From an uncultured Chloroflexia bacterium (GTDB lineage Bacteria > Chloroflexota > Dehalococcoidia > GIF9 > UBA5629), in contig CAVZKR010000002.1 in NCBI GenBank assembly GCA_963775935.1, positions 16,929 through 80,928 of the forward strand: a DNA stretch of 64,000 bases, written 5' to 3'. The stretch's first letter is position 1. The number at the start of each line of letters is the position of its first letter. The notes under the pieces were generated by a model. It ran no database searches, was not told where the DNA came from, and saw only the letters and a program-made list of their open reading frames with translations. The translations under genes and the position numbers were made by a program. Below, piece after piece: positions 10,113 to 20,715 of this stretch.

Positions 10113-11354
10113 TTAGCTTTTTTCCGGCCTGGTTAGAGCCACGAATAGAGCTATGGCAAACATAGCTAGTGCTCCTGCTAGGAACGCTATGAAATAGCTG
10201 TTACTGGCATCAAAAATGAGTCCCCCTATGGCAGGGCCAGCAAGTACTCCAATCCCCCAACTTACCTGCAGGGTGCCCATTATTATCCCGATTTTGTGAG
10301 TCCCGAAAATGTCTCCAACCAATGCCACTATCGAAGTGTCAAGACCCCCGTTAGCAAAGCCAAAGATCACTCCAAATATATAAAGCATCAACAAGTTTTG
10401 TGACCATATTAACCATATCATGGCAAGAGCTGCAAGTAGGGCGCAAGTTATGGCTGCCTGCTTTCTACCAATGCCATCTGAAACCCTGCCTATTACTATC
10501 CTGCCAATGATATAGCTAGCTCCTATCAGGCTGAGGATAGTAGCAGCCTCAATAGTAGTGATACCTGTATCTGTAGCGTATGGTACAACGTGAATTACTG
10601 CCAGGAAATAACAAAAGGCATTAAGCAACCAGATAGATCCAATAAGCCAAAAACTACGAGTTCTGGATGCCTCTCGCAGAGAAAAATCAGTCAAATGAAT
10701 GCTACCCTTATTTTTTGGTTGAGCTATGCCCGCATCATCTGAATTTAATTGTGCTGTATATCGTTTATCTTCACTTTCAGAACCTTTTTTTCTTAACAGG
10801 AGAGATAAGGGAACAATGATAAGCCAGGCAATTAAGCCCATGATGATATACGCCATACGCCAGCCAAAGTTAGAAATAAAATAAGTAGCCAATGGTGCTA
10901 TAACAACTGTTCCCAATCCTATCCCTGATCCCGCAATACCAAGGGCAATCCCTCGGTTTTTATCAAACCACCTTGAGACTGTGGATGTTATCATCGTATA
11001 TACGACACCTATCACAGAGAATAACAAGCTATAAGTTATAAATAGTTGCCAATATGCATTAGTTTGGCTGGTTAGTAATAAACTTAAGCCAGTAAATATG
11101 CCTGCAAGTAACGCTGTTAATCTTGGCCCGTATCTATCTACAGCCCAGCCACCTACAAAAGACATTATGGCACCAAATAGATTTTGCGCAGAGAATATCG
11201 TAGACGTTGCTGCTCGATTTAAACCAAATTCATCCTCTATGGTTTTAAAAAATACCCCAAAAGAAGTCAGTTCGCCAAACATAATGGTGCTGATAATGAA
11301 AAAGGATGCTACTATCACCCAGCCGTAAAAGAACTTGTCTGAGTTTTCCTTCAT
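10113..11354 (-). CDS. MFS transporter, OFA-like family
   Basis: 413 aa, about 12 transmembrane helices, with …VDRYGPRL… after TM2. Convergent with the preceding MFS gene. Confidence 0.8.
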   Translation of the reverse strand: MKENSDKFFYGWVIVASFFIISTIMFGELTSFGVFFKTIEDEFGLNRAATSTIFSAQNLFGAIMSFVGGWAVDRYGPRLTALLAGIFTGLSLLLTSQTNAYWQLFITYSLLFSVIGVVYTMITSTVSRWFDKNRGIALGIAGSGIGLGTVVIAPLATYFISNFGWRMAYIIMGLIAWLIIVPLSLLLRKKGSESEDKRYTAQLNSDDAGIAQPKNKGSIHLTDFSLREASRTRSFWLIGSIWLLNAFCYFLAVIHVVPYATDTGITTIEAATILSLIGASYIIGRIVIGRVSDGIGRKQAAITCALLAALAMIWLIWSQNLLMLYIFGVIFGFANGGLDTSIVALVGDIFGTHKIGIIMGTLQVSWGIGVLAGPAIGGLIFDASNSYFIAFLAGALAMFAIALFVALTRPEKS

Positions 11355-11550
11355 CTTAGGTCCATTTTTAATATGATTTTTTCAACTAATTTGCTCCCGG
11401 CGACTAGAAATTCAACCAGCGCTAGGTTGCTAAAGTGACCAGGCGTTTTCTGTATGCGCCTGTTATTCGTTTATTATCATTCTAGCAAATTACCAAACAG
11501 GGAAGGCTAGTCCATATGGTCTGCATTTGAACAGCTATTTAAACAGAAGG

Positions 11551-12339
11551 TTAAGTTTGTAGAAACATCTCAATTTTTACATCCCTGTAACCCAGTGACC
11601 GTGAAATTTGAAGTGCACAATTTTTCAGTAGTGGAGCAAACTGTTTTAGTTTCAGTTTATTTAACCGTACTGATGGCCCTACAATAGACACGGCTCCTAT
11701 AGCTTCTCTCCCGGCATTTCTTATTGGTGTTGCAATACTAGTTATGTCGATAAAATATTCCTCAATATCATAGGCAATATTTTCACGTTTGATAGTTTTA
11801 ATCTCTTTAATTAACCGAGCCTTGTCTGTAAGTGTATTATTTGTATAAGCAGTTAATACCCTGCTAGCAATTGTTTTTTTAAACTCCTCGTCTGGAAGAC
11901 AAGCCAAAAGCGTCTTACCAATTGCTGTGCAATGTAATGGAAATGGCTGGGCATTTTCAGTATCTGGAACTGCCTGCAAGAACTGTTTTGGGAAAATAGT
12001 AGCCATACTAAACAAATTAGATCCATCAAATAGTATCAAATCAACAGTCTCGGACGTCTTTCCACAAAGCCTTTCCAAGAATGGCAACGCTTGTTCTTTA
12101 ATGCCTGCAGTACGCTTATTAATACCATTAAATAATAAAAATTTTTGCCCAATTAAATATTTACCCCTTTTATATTTTTGATATAAGTAGCCCCGTTTAA
12201 CCAAAACTGAACAAATCCTATGAACGACGCTTGAATTCAATCCAGTATCACGGACAATATCTGCGACACTGAATCCTTCAGCATGTTTCAGTTTTACTAT
12301 CGATTCAAGAACGCAAAGTTGCTTTTCTATAGCTTGCAT
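11551..12339 (-). CDS. IclR-family transcriptional regulator
   Basis: An N-terminal helix-turn-helix (…FSVADIVRDTGLNSSVVHRICSVLVKRGYL…) followed by a C-terminal effector-binding IclR domain. Divergent from the acetylene-hydratase-like gene. Confidence 0.8.
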   Translation of the reverse strand: MQAIEKQLCVLESIVKLKHAEGFSVADIVRDTGLNSSVVHRICSVLVKRGYLYQKYKRGKYLIGQKFLLFNGINKRTAGIKEQALPFLERLCGKTSETVDLILFDGSNLFSMATIFPKQFLQAVPDTENAQPFPLHCTAIGKTLLACLPDEEFKKTIASRVLTAYTNNTLTDKARLIKEIKTIKRENIAYDIEEYFIDITSIATPIRNAGREAIGAVSIVGPSVRLNKLKLKQFAPLLKNCALQISRSLGYRDVKIEMFLQT

Positions 12340-12430
12340 ATTTTTAATCCCTCTAATAATAATATAAAAGTGCTAATTTCCTAACGAACAATACATACCA
12401 TTGCTTATGTTATGCAAATGAAAAAATTTC

Positions 12431-12459
12431 TTGACAAACTCAGATGATTGTGATATATT
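12431..12459 (+). promoter_or_regulatory. Sigma70-like promoter (TTGACA-17 nt-TATATT) for the acetylene-hydratase-like gene
   Basis: A consensus -35 TTGACA at 12431-12436, a 17-nt spacer, and a -10 TATATT at 12454-12459. An AGGAGG ribosome-binding site at 12571-12576 sits 7 nt before the ATG at 12584. A 10-bp perfect palindrome ATTGCGCAAT at 12512-12521 is a candidate IclR operator. Confidence 0.4.
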
Positions 12460-12583
12460 TCGCAATATGATTTTCTACTCCACATTATACATTATAACTA
12501 CTTAAACAGGCAATTGCGCAATAATTCTTTTCAGGATATATAAGAAAACCCGGTTCATTTTTCATCGAGAAGGAGGCTTGAAA

Positions 12584-15091
12584 ATGGTAGATACCAGACC
12601 AAATGAAATTAGGACATACTGTTGCCAGTGTAGTATGGAGCACCCAGTCATCTGCGAGGTACACATGGGTAGTTTTACTAAGGTAAAACCAGATCCAGAC
12701 AGTCCATACAGTGGCCATCTATGTGAAAAAGGTTTATGTGGACAGGAGTTAGTATATCATCCTGACCGTCTTAATTATCCCCTGAAACGAACCAATCCAA
12801 AGGGCTCTCGTGATCCCGGTTGGGTAAGGATTTCTTGGGACGAAGCCTATGATACGATTGTCAAACGCCTGAACCAAATTAAGAAAAAATATGGTGCTGA
12901 ATCAGTTTTGCAATTTGCCGGTGCTCCGGGTGGAGGCGCTTACATCGACGACCTCTTCTGGATGCATCGTTTCGCCAACCTTTTTGGAACACCGAACAGG
13001 GTGGAAACAGGAATAGCCGTATGCGAGCTTGGGAGAGATACCTATGCATCCCTTACCTGGGGCATGTCCTTTAACCCACCGCCAGGGAGCAACTTTTTTG
13101 GCATTCACGCTTACCCGGATTATGAGAATACCGCTTGTCTGATGGTTTTCGGTTTTAATGCGCGGCAAACCCAAAATGAGGACTATTTCCGTATGAAAGC
13201 TGCTGTAAGGAGGGGAGCCAAACTCATAGTCGTTGACCCACGGCTCACGGAGGTTGGTGAGATAGCCGATCTTTATATGCAACTACGTCCCGGAACTGAT
13301 GGGGCTATTGCTATGGGTATGATTAACCTTATGCTTAGCAGGGAGCTCTATGATAAGACTTTCGTAAGAGATTGGACAAACGGACCATTTCTGGTACGGA
13401 CTGATACTAATAGCCTCCTGACTGAAAAGGATTTATCCGCTAAAGGCAATTCGGGAAGATACATAGTATGGGACGAGATATCTAAAAGCCCAAAGGTTTA
13501 TAATCCAAAGACTGTAAAATATGAATCACCAAACGTCATCCCTTCCCTTAAAACTTCCCGTGAAATCAAATTGGCAAATGGTAAAGTTATAGTATGCAAG
13601 ACCGTGTTACAGCTCTTGGCAGACCGCGCTGCAAAATACACTCCCAAGAAGGTTGAAGAAATATCGTGGGTTCCAGCTAAAGATCTTGAGCAGGCAACGC
13701 TCTGGATGTGTACCCTAAAACGTTCCGCTGTCCATTCATTCACTGGAGTAGAACAAAATACCAACCAGTCTCAAACCGCTCGAGCTCTCCACGTGATGTA
13801 TACATTAACCGGAAATTTTGATCAGATGGGCGGCAATATTTCCTATCCATACCCAATTCCGATTGCAACTGATTATGAAGGCTCAGGGGACATATTACCC
13901 CCAGCACAGCATAAAAAGAGAATCGGCCAAGCCGAAAAACCCCTTGGTGTCTGTCTGCGCGGGTATATGACTCATTATGACGCTTACGAGGCGATTCTTA
14001 CCCAAAAACCATACCCTATTAAGGGTGGCATGGGTTTTGGTGCTAATCATTTATGTATCGGTAGTGATGCCCAAAAAGGATTCGAGGCTCTGAAAAGACT
14101 AGAATTTCTTTTCTGGGTAGAAATCTTCATGACACCAACCGCAGCGATGTCCGACATCGTCCTACCAGCGGCATCTACGTGGGAATCAGAGAACGTGGTT
14201 ACCTGGGGTGAAATTATAGGTTATCCAAATATTTTAGGCAATTACATGAGATATAGAAGGCCTGTAATTTCTCCATCTTACGAGCGCAGAGGTGACCTCC
14301 AGATATTGTGTGAGCTGTCGCAGGCATTTGGCTTCAAAGACCCGGTATTTGATAGTGGTGTTGAAGGTTGTTTGAACCATAAAATAGCACCCAGTGGATA
14401 TACTCTTGACCAGGTAAAGGCAAATCCGGCAGGCATATATTGCGAAAAAATTCTGCCGAGATATGCAAAGTATGCAGAACGAGATGAGAAAACGGGCAAT
14501 TACAAGGGAGTTATTACACAGACCAGAAAGCTAGAGCTATATTCTACTATGTTCAAGGATCATGGATATGATCCGTTACCAGATTTCATTGAGCCGAAGG
14601 TGAGCCCGATTAGCCAACCTGCACTGGCTAAGAAATTCCCACTCATTGTCATAGATGCTAGAAGAAGATATATGACACAGAGTCAGTGCGCTGGACTTCC
14701 GGCTATCCGGCAGAAAATGCCATATGCATATGCAGATATACACCCTGAGACAGCCAAAGCATACGGAATAAAAGATGGCGATATGATGTATATCAAAACA
14801 AAGAATGGGAGGATCAAACAACAAGCCCATGTTACCAATACTATTCACCCCAAAGTAATTTGCTGCACCTTTGGGTGGTGGCAGGGATGTCCGCAATTAG
14901 GCATACCTCAGCCAGACTTCTTGGGCAATGAATCCTCAAACTACTCGGTGATAATCAGTGCGGATGTTCATGACCCAATAAGCGGTTCTTATCCTCTCAA
15001 TGGATATCTATGTGCTATTAGTCCTGCTGGAAAACCAGACCCGATTCTAGGGGGGAAAATAGATCGAAAACTAGGGTTGACTACCGATTAA
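12584..15091 (+). CDS. Molybdopterin/tungstopterin oxidoreductase, acetylene-hydratase-like (MopB superfamily)
   Basis: An N-terminal Cys cluster (CCQCSMEHPVICEV…C) for a [4Fe-4S] centre, and blocks resembling Pelobacter acetylene hydratase (…KLIVVDPRLTEVGEIADLYMQLRPGTDGAIAMGMINLM…, …FMTPTAAMSDIVLPAASTWE…), with a C-terminal MGD-binding beta-barrel domain. The ATG at 12584 is preferred over the TTG at 12578. Confidence 0.8.
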   Translation: MVDTRPNEIRTYCCQCSMEHPVICEVHMGSFTKVKPDPDSPYSGHLCEKGLCGQELVYHPDRLNYPLKRTNPKGSRDPGWVRISWDEAYDTIVKRLNQIKKKYGAESVLQFAGAPGGGAYIDDLFWMHRFANLFGTPNRVETGIAVCELGRDTYASLTWGMSFNPPPGSNFFGIHAYPDYENTACLMVFGFNARQTQNEDYFRMKAAVRRGAKLIVVDPRLTEVGEIADLYMQLRPGTDGAIAMGMINLMLSRELYDKTFVRDWTNGPFLVRTDTNSLLTEKDLSAKGNSGRYIVWDEISKSPKVYNPKTVKYESPNVIPSLKTSREIKLANGKVIVCKTVLQLLADRAAKYTPKKVEEISWVPAKDLEQATLWMCTLKRSAVHSFTGVEQNTNQSQTARALHVMYTLTGNFDQMGGNISYPYPIPIATDYEGSGDILPPAQHKKRIGQAEKPLGVCLRGYMTHYDAYEAILTQKPYPIKGGMGFGANHLCIGSDAQKGFEALKRLEFLFWVEIFMTPTAAMSDIVLPAASTWESENVVTWGEIIGYPNILGNYMRYRRPVISPSYERRGDLQILCELSQAFGFKDPVFDSGVEGCLNHKIAPSGYTLDQVKANPAGIYCEKILPRYAKYAERDEKTGNYKGVITQTRKLELYSTMFKDHGYDPLPDFIEPKVSPISQPALAKKFPLIVIDARRRYMTQSQCAGLPAIRQKMPYAYADIHPETAKAYGIKDGDMMYIKTKNGRIKQQAHVTNTIHPKVICCTFGWWQGCPQLGIPQPDFLGNESSNYSVIISADVHDPISGSYPLNGYLCAISPAGKPDPILGGKIDRKLGLTTD

Positions 15092-15370
15092 TGAAGGGGC
15101 AAGGCCTAGACTGGTGATATAGTCGTAAACCGAGGAAAAATCGAGAATTATTTCGCGCGACAGGTGGTCGGAGCTAAAAACAATTTAGCTAATTATCGGC
15201 TTGAATTGTAATAACTTAGTTACTTAGTGATTGCGTGAAATTTTCAAGCAGATAATTAACAGCACTCAGCATTATCTTATTTGCCCAGTAACACAATATA
15301 ATGCCGCGATAAAGTTATTGATAGTAAGCTTGCTGCGATAGAATCATTGTATTGCTGTGAGGGATAATTC

Positions 15371-17962
15371 ATGGAAGAAAAAACATTCATAAAAGGGCTA
15401 AGCTGGTGTGGAAATGAGCCGTTTGCAGGAGCAAATGCCTCGGCGGTTGATGTTCAGGATGGACGTATAGTTAGGATCAGGCCATTTCATTTTGACTGGA
15501 AATATAAGCCTGAGGAGATGAATCCTTGGAAAATTACAGTGCGTAGAAAGACCCTTGAGCCGGGCATGAAAACATTATTGTCCCCTCTCTCACTTGGGTA
15601 TAAACAACGTGTTTATTCACCCAACAGGATAAAATATCCGCTGAAAAGAGTTGATTGGAATCCAAATGGGGACAGAAATCCACAAAACAGGGGCAGAAGT
15701 AAATTTAAGCGAATTTCCTGGGATGAAGCTACCGAAATCATAGTTAATGAACTCAAGAGGGTACGGGATACCTATGGTCCCTGTGCGATATATTCCCTTT
15801 CCCCAATACATGGCGAGACCAAGGTTTTACACTTTGCGCATAAAACGACGACCAGACTCTTCCACCACTATTTAGGGGACTATAGCAAGCAGGCAGGGGC
15901 TGGGCCTGATAGCTGGCCAGGATGGTTTTGGGGAGCAAAGCATGTATGGGGTATGACTCCTAATGTCGGTATGATGGTTCCTCTTACTAATTGTGTCAAG
16001 GATATAGCTGAGCATACAGATCTTATTCTATTCTGGGGATGTGACCCAGAAACCACCCCCTTGGCTTGGGGGGGGCAATTGCCGAACCGAATTTGCCATT
16101 GGTGGAAAGAACTCGGCATAAAATCTATCTATATCTGTCCGGATTTGAACTATGGTGCAGCTATACACGCAGATAAATGGATCCCCATACTACCCAACAC
16201 GGATGCTGCACTACACCTTGCCATATCCTACGTTTGGATAAATGAGGGAACCTATGACAAAGATTACGTAGCAACACATACATCTGGCTTCGAAGAATAT
16301 AGGAAATATGTCATGGGTGAAACAGACGGTATTCCCAAGACACCGGCATGGGCTTCTCCTTTATGTGGTATTTCAGAGTGGACAATAAAGGCATTAGCCA
16401 GGGGATGGGCATCCAAAACCACATCTATAGCACACGGTGATGGTGGTTCTATGATAAGAGGCCCTTATTCTCATGAGCCTGCCAGGCTTGAAGTTCTAAA
16501 TCTAGCTTTGCAGGGAGTGGGAAAGCCAGGACGTCACCAGATGAAAATGATCGAGTGGAATCATATAGGTCAGACTACAGCGACCAACCCGCTGCCGAGG
16601 CCTAATCTTCTTCCCAATGTCATAAAGGCACGCCGTGGAGGTATAACCGATCCAGTATCCCAGGTACTGCCTCATGATCTTTTTGCTGACGGTATTCTGT
16701 CTGACAAACCAGTTAGCTGGTATTTCTATACGCCTGCAATGCCATGGGTGGACCCAGCTGAGAAACAATTTGAAAAATTTCAATACCCGGCTAAGGGATG
16801 TCCAGAAATACACATGATCTGGTCTGATACACCTTGCTGGTTAGGAAGCTGGGGTGAGGGAAATAAAAACGTCGAAGCTATCAGGAATTCCAAGATTGAA
16901 TGCGTCGTAACCCAACATCCCTGGATGGAAAATGGTTGTTTGTATTCTGATATCATCCTGCCAATTAACACCAAATTGGAGGAGGAAGATATCGGTACAG
17001 ATATCCAGAGTGGCCAATATTGCCTCATTTTTCTTGAAGGTAAATGTATTGAACCGATAGGCGAATCAAAAAGTGACTTTGAGGCTATTGGCGAAGTAGC
17101 CAAGAAACTGGGAGTGTACGATAAATTCACGGAAGGTAAAACAGATGAGGAATGGATACGGGATGGTTTCGAACACTCTGGTGTGAAGAATATGATAAGC
17201 TGGGAAGAATTTAAGCATAAAGGGTACTATGTGATACCAACTGCTGCTGATTGGGAGCAGGACCCGGTTGGTATTGCCAAATTTGTTGAAAATCCTGAGA
17301 AGAATCCATTGGAGACACCAACCGGCAAAATAGAATTCTACGCTACAGCTATTGCAAAACACTTTCCTGACGATGATGAACGACCACCGGTTCCTCACTG
17401 GATTCCCTATGGCGAGTCACATCAGGAGAGTCTACTTCATCCTAAATCACAGAGGTATCCTTTGCTCCTCGTATCAAATCACGGGAAGTGGAGAGTGCAT
17501 ACCGAACATGATGATATATCCTGGTTACGAGAAATTAACATGTGTAAAGTTAGGGGGACAGATGGTTATATGTATGAGCCTGTCTGGATTAACCCACAGG
17601 ATGCAGCTGGGAGGGGTATTGTTGATGGTGATATAGTAAAGGTTTATAACGATTGGGGAGCTGTCCTTGGTGGTGCGAGGGTGATTGAAAGAATAATACC
17701 TGGTGCAATATCTCAGGATCATGGTGCCAGGCATGACCCCATAGCTTCGGGGCTTGATAGAGGAGGCTCCAATAACATGATTTCACCGCGAGGATTAACA
17801 TCGAGGAATTGTGTGGCTGCGGCAACAAGCGGGTTCCTCGTTGAGGTTGAAAAAGTTACCACGTCGCAGATGAATGAGTGGGAAAAACAATATCCCGAGG
17901 CATTTGAAAGAGAATATGATCCAGCTTCCGGTTTACTTTTCGATGCCTGGATTGAAGATTAA
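15371..17962 (+). CDS. Pyrogallol-hydroxytransferase (PHT)-like molybdoenzyme large subunit, paralogue 1
   Basis: 863 aa with no N-terminal Fe-S cysteine motif. It carries the PHT-family blocks …YSPNRIKYPLKRVDWNPNGDRNPQNRG…ISWDEA…, …DSWPGWFWGAKHVWG…, …FWGCDPETT…, …IYICPDLNYGAAIHADKWIPILPNTDAAL…. Confidence 0.8.
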   Translation: MEEKTFIKGLSWCGNEPFAGANASAVDVQDGRIVRIRPFHFDWKYKPEEMNPWKITVRRKTLEPGMKTLLSPLSLGYKQRVYSPNRIKYPLKRVDWNPNGDRNPQNRGRSKFKRISWDEATEIIVNELKRVRDTYGPCAIYSLSPIHGETKVLHFAHKTTTRLFHHYLGDYSKQAGAGPDSWPGWFWGAKHVWGMTPNVGMMVPLTNCVKDIAEHTDLILFWGCDPETTPLAWGGQLPNRICHWWKELGIKSIYICPDLNYGAAIHADKWIPILPNTDAALHLAISYVWINEGTYDKDYVATHTSGFEEYRKYVMGETDGIPKTPAWASPLCGISEWTIKALARGWASKTTSIAHGDGGSMIRGPYSHEPARLEVLNLALQGVGKPGRHQMKMIEWNHIGQTTATNPLPRPNLLPNVIKARRGGITDPVSQVLPHDLFADGILSDKPVSWYFYTPAMPWVDPAEKQFEKFQYPAKGCPEIHMIWSDTPCWLGSWGEGNKNVEAIRNSKIECVVTQHPWMENGCLYSDIILPINTKLEEEDIGTDIQSGQYCLIFLEGKCIEPIGESKSDFEAIGEVAKKLGVYDKFTEGKTDEEWIRDGFEHSGVKNMISWEEFKHKGYYVIPTAADWEQDPVGIAKFVENPEKNPLETPTGKIEFYATAIAKHFPDDDERPPVPHWIPYGESHQESLLHPKSQRYPLLLVSNHGKWRVHTEHDDISWLREINMCKVRGTDGYMYEPVWINPQDAAGRGIVDGDIVKVYNDWGAVLGGARVIERIIPGAISQDHGARHDPIASGLDRGGSNNMISPRGLTSRNCVAAATSGFLVEVEKVTTSQMNEWEKQYPEAFEREYDPASGLLFDAWIED

Positions 17963-18057
17963 GGCTAGAAAATTCAGATGAGCAATTAAAGAAAAGGGGT
18001 ACTTAAAGATTAAATTGTTTTAGAAACATTTTATGTACATAGCAAAAAGGAGTGAAG

Positions 18058-20715
18058 ATGCCGGCGAGTAGAACATCAAAAAATGGACTTGAAACACTGA
18101 TTAAAAGTACTGGTTTCTGCGCCTGTGGCGAAACATCAATGGTGGCATGCATCGATGTAAAAGATGGGAAAATAGTCAGAACTAGGCCATTTCGTTTTGA
18201 CTGGAAGTATAAACCAGAGGAGTTCAATCCCTGGAAAATCGAAGCACGTCAAAAAGTGTTTGAACCACCCATGAAGTCCATGATAGTTCCTTTTGCCTTT
18301 GGCTATAAAAAGCGTGTCTATTCCCCCAACAGGATTCTCTATCCATTAAAGAGAGTAGATTGGAACCCAGATGGAGAAAGAAATATTGAGACTAGAGGGA
18401 AAAGTGGGTACGTCAGGATATCGTGGGATGAAGCTCTTGACATCATAACAAAAGAAATTAAGAGAGTGATTAAACAGTATGGGCCTTACTCTATACTTGC
18501 ACAAGGGGATGGACATGGCGAGGGTAAGATGGTACATGCTGCACATGGATGTATGACCGGACTGCTTGAACTTCTAGGAGGTTACACACTACAACTCCGG
18601 AACCCAGATAGCTGGGAAGGATGGTACTGGGGAGCAAAGCATGTTTGGGGTATGGACCCTGTCGGTGTCCAATGGCCTTATCAAACCAATCTTATTCCGG
18701 ACATAGCTCAAAACACCGATGTTTTACTCTTCTGGGGGGGTGACCCGGAAACCACAACTTGGGGTTTTGGCGCTGGACATGGGGTGAGCCGACTGTGCTA
18801 TTGGTTCACTGAACTTGGTATAAAGCAGATATACATATGTCCAGACTTAAACTACGGAGCGGCAGTTCATGCAGATAAATGGATTCCTATACGACCCAAC
18901 ACGGACCCTGCGTTACAATTAGCCATAGCATATCAGTGGCTTACCCTAGGAACTTACGATAAACCTTATGTGGCTACTCATACATTCGGGTTTGACAAGT
19001 TTGAAGAATACGTTTTAGGAAAAGAAGATGGAATACCGAAGACACCTAAATGGGCAGAAGAGATAACTGGGGTTCCGTCCAGGATAATCAAGGCGCTAGC
19101 TCGGGAATGGGCTACTAAACGGACAACTGTAACACATAGTCTCGGGGGACCGTATATCAGGGGACAATATTGTCACGAACCTGCCAGACTTGAGGTTCTA
19201 CTCCTGGCTATGCAGGGGTTGGGGAAGCCGGGCGTAAACCAGTTTTTATTTAATTTTGGAGCGGCGTTTAACAATGCGTTTTATATACGTTGGAAACAAA
19301 AAAAACGGTGTCTGCCACCTAAGCCTAATGGAATTGTGATGCCAACAGCCATTGGTGCGTTTCGTGGCTATAATCTTCATTTTACTCCTATGCCCAAACA
19401 AGTCATTCCTAAAACCATGATACATGAAGCTATCTTGAAAGGCTCGTTTACTATCTATGGCAGTTCATTGCAGACATTGCCTGTCGAAGACCAGTTTAAA
19501 AAATACGAATATCCAGCTGAAGGTTGCTCTCCTATACACATGATTTGGACTGATACTCCCTGTTTAATGACCTGCTGGAATGACAGCAATAGTATTGTAA
19601 AAGCCTATCGACATCCGTCGATTGAGTTTATTTTAGCTCAGCATCCATGGATGGAGAACGATTGCCTCTTCGCCGATATTATCTTACCCGTTAGTACTAA
19701 ATATGAGGAGGATGATATTGGACAGGACTTACAGAGCTTACAATATGATGTCTTATATCTTGAAGATAAGTGTATTGAGCCTTTGGGGGAATCTAGGAGC
19801 GACTATGAAATAGTATGCGCAGTAGCTGAAAAATTAGGTTTATTAAAAGAATATACAAAAGACAAATCTGTTCATGATTGGATAAAAAATGGCTTCGACC
19901 ATTCAGGTCTTCCAGAAGCAGGCTTATGCACCTGGGAGAAATTTAAAGAAAAAAGGTATTTTGTCTCCCCAACCGATCCAAATTGGCAGACATATCCAGC
20001 AGGCTTGTACGAGTTCTATAATGACCCTGAGAAACATCCTCTGGAAACACCTTCAGGGAAGATAGAATTTTATTCCCAGAATTTGGCTAAGTACTTCCCT
20101 GATGACAAAGAGAGACCACCTGTACCTCACTGGATACCTTATGGAGAGTCACATAAAGAAAGCCTGTTGCTTCCCAGGGCCAAGCAATATCCTCTCATCT
20201 GTATGTCTAATCATGGTAGGTGGCGAATACATGCAGAACTGGACGATGTGAACTGGTTCCATGAAATCGAAACCTGTAAGGTCAGGGGGCCCGATGGCTA
20301 CTTGTATGAACCTGTGTGGATTAACCCCAAGACAGCCGAAGAGAGGGGTATCAAGAATGGTGATGTAGTCAGTGTCTTCAATGAGAGGGGTTCTGTCCTC
20401 TATGGCGCGTACGTAACAGAGAGGTTAATGCCCGGGGTTGTCTACGTAGACCATGGCGCCAGGTATGACCCGATAGTACTAGGCGAACTTGATAGAGGTG
20501 GTGCCATCAATACCATTACACCATATAATATCACTTCTAAAAACTGTGCTGGCATGGTCGTTAGTGGATTCCTGGTAGAGGTAGCACCGGTGAACTTGGA
20601 TGAATTAATAAAACAGTACCCGGAAGCGTTTAGCCGCCCCTATGATTATGCCTCAGGGCTGAAATTTGAAAGAGTATTAGTTGATGGAGGTGGACAGAAA
20701 TTACGAAAGCATTAG
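18058..20715 (+). CDS. PHT-like molybdoenzyme large subunit, paralogue 2
   Basis: Carries the same blocks as paralogue 1 (…DSWEGWYWGAKHVWG…, …FWGGDPETT…). The ATG at 18058 follows an AAAGGAG ribosome-binding site; the ORF track starts at a GTG at 18052. Its C-terminus (…GGGQKLRKH*) reads through the position where cluster II has its stop codon. Confidence 0.8.
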   Translation: MPASRTSKNGLETLIKSTGFCACGETSMVACIDVKDGKIVRTRPFRFDWKYKPEEFNPWKIEARQKVFEPPMKSMIVPFAFGYKKRVYSPNRILYPLKRVDWNPDGERNIETRGKSGYVRISWDEALDIITKEIKRVIKQYGPYSILAQGDGHGEGKMVHAAHGCMTGLLELLGGYTLQLRNPDSWEGWYWGAKHVWGMDPVGVQWPYQTNLIPDIAQNTDVLLFWGGDPETTTWGFGAGHGVSRLCYWFTELGIKQIYICPDLNYGAAVHADKWIPIRPNTDPALQLAIAYQWLTLGTYDKPYVATHTFGFDKFEEYVLGKEDGIPKTPKWAEEITGVPSRIIKALAREWATKRTTVTHSLGGPYIRGQYCHEPARLEVLLLAMQGLGKPGVNQFLFNFGAAFNNAFYIRWKQKKRCLPPKPNGIVMPTAIGAFRGYNLHFTPMPKQVIPKTMIHEAILKGSFTIYGSSLQTLPVEDQFKKYEYPAEGCSPIHMIWTDTPCLMTCWNDSNSIVKAYRHPSIEFILAQHPWMENDCLFADIILPVSTKYEEDDIGQDLQSLQYDVLYLEDKCIEPLGESRSDYEIVCAVAEKLGLLKEYTKDKSVHDWIKNGFDHSGLPEAGLCTWEKFKEKRYFVSPTDPNWQTYPAGLYEFYNDPEKHPLETPSGKIEFYSQNLAKYFPDDKERPPVPHWIPYGESHKESLLLPRAKQYPLICMSNHGRWRIHAELDDVNWFHEIETCKVRGPDGYLYEPVWINPKTAEERGIKNGDVVSVFNERGSVLYGAYVTERLMPGVVYVDHGARYDPIVLGELDRGGAINTITPYNITSKNCAGMVVSGFLVEVAPVNLDELIKQYPEAFSRPYDYASGLKFERVLVDGGGQKLRKH

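Noticed and set aside
15240-15370. Possible sigma70 promoter upstream of PHT alpha1 (a TATAAT at about 15297-15302).
   Set aside because: A good -10 is present, but no convincing -35 lies at 16-18-nt spacing, so it was not annotated as a feature.
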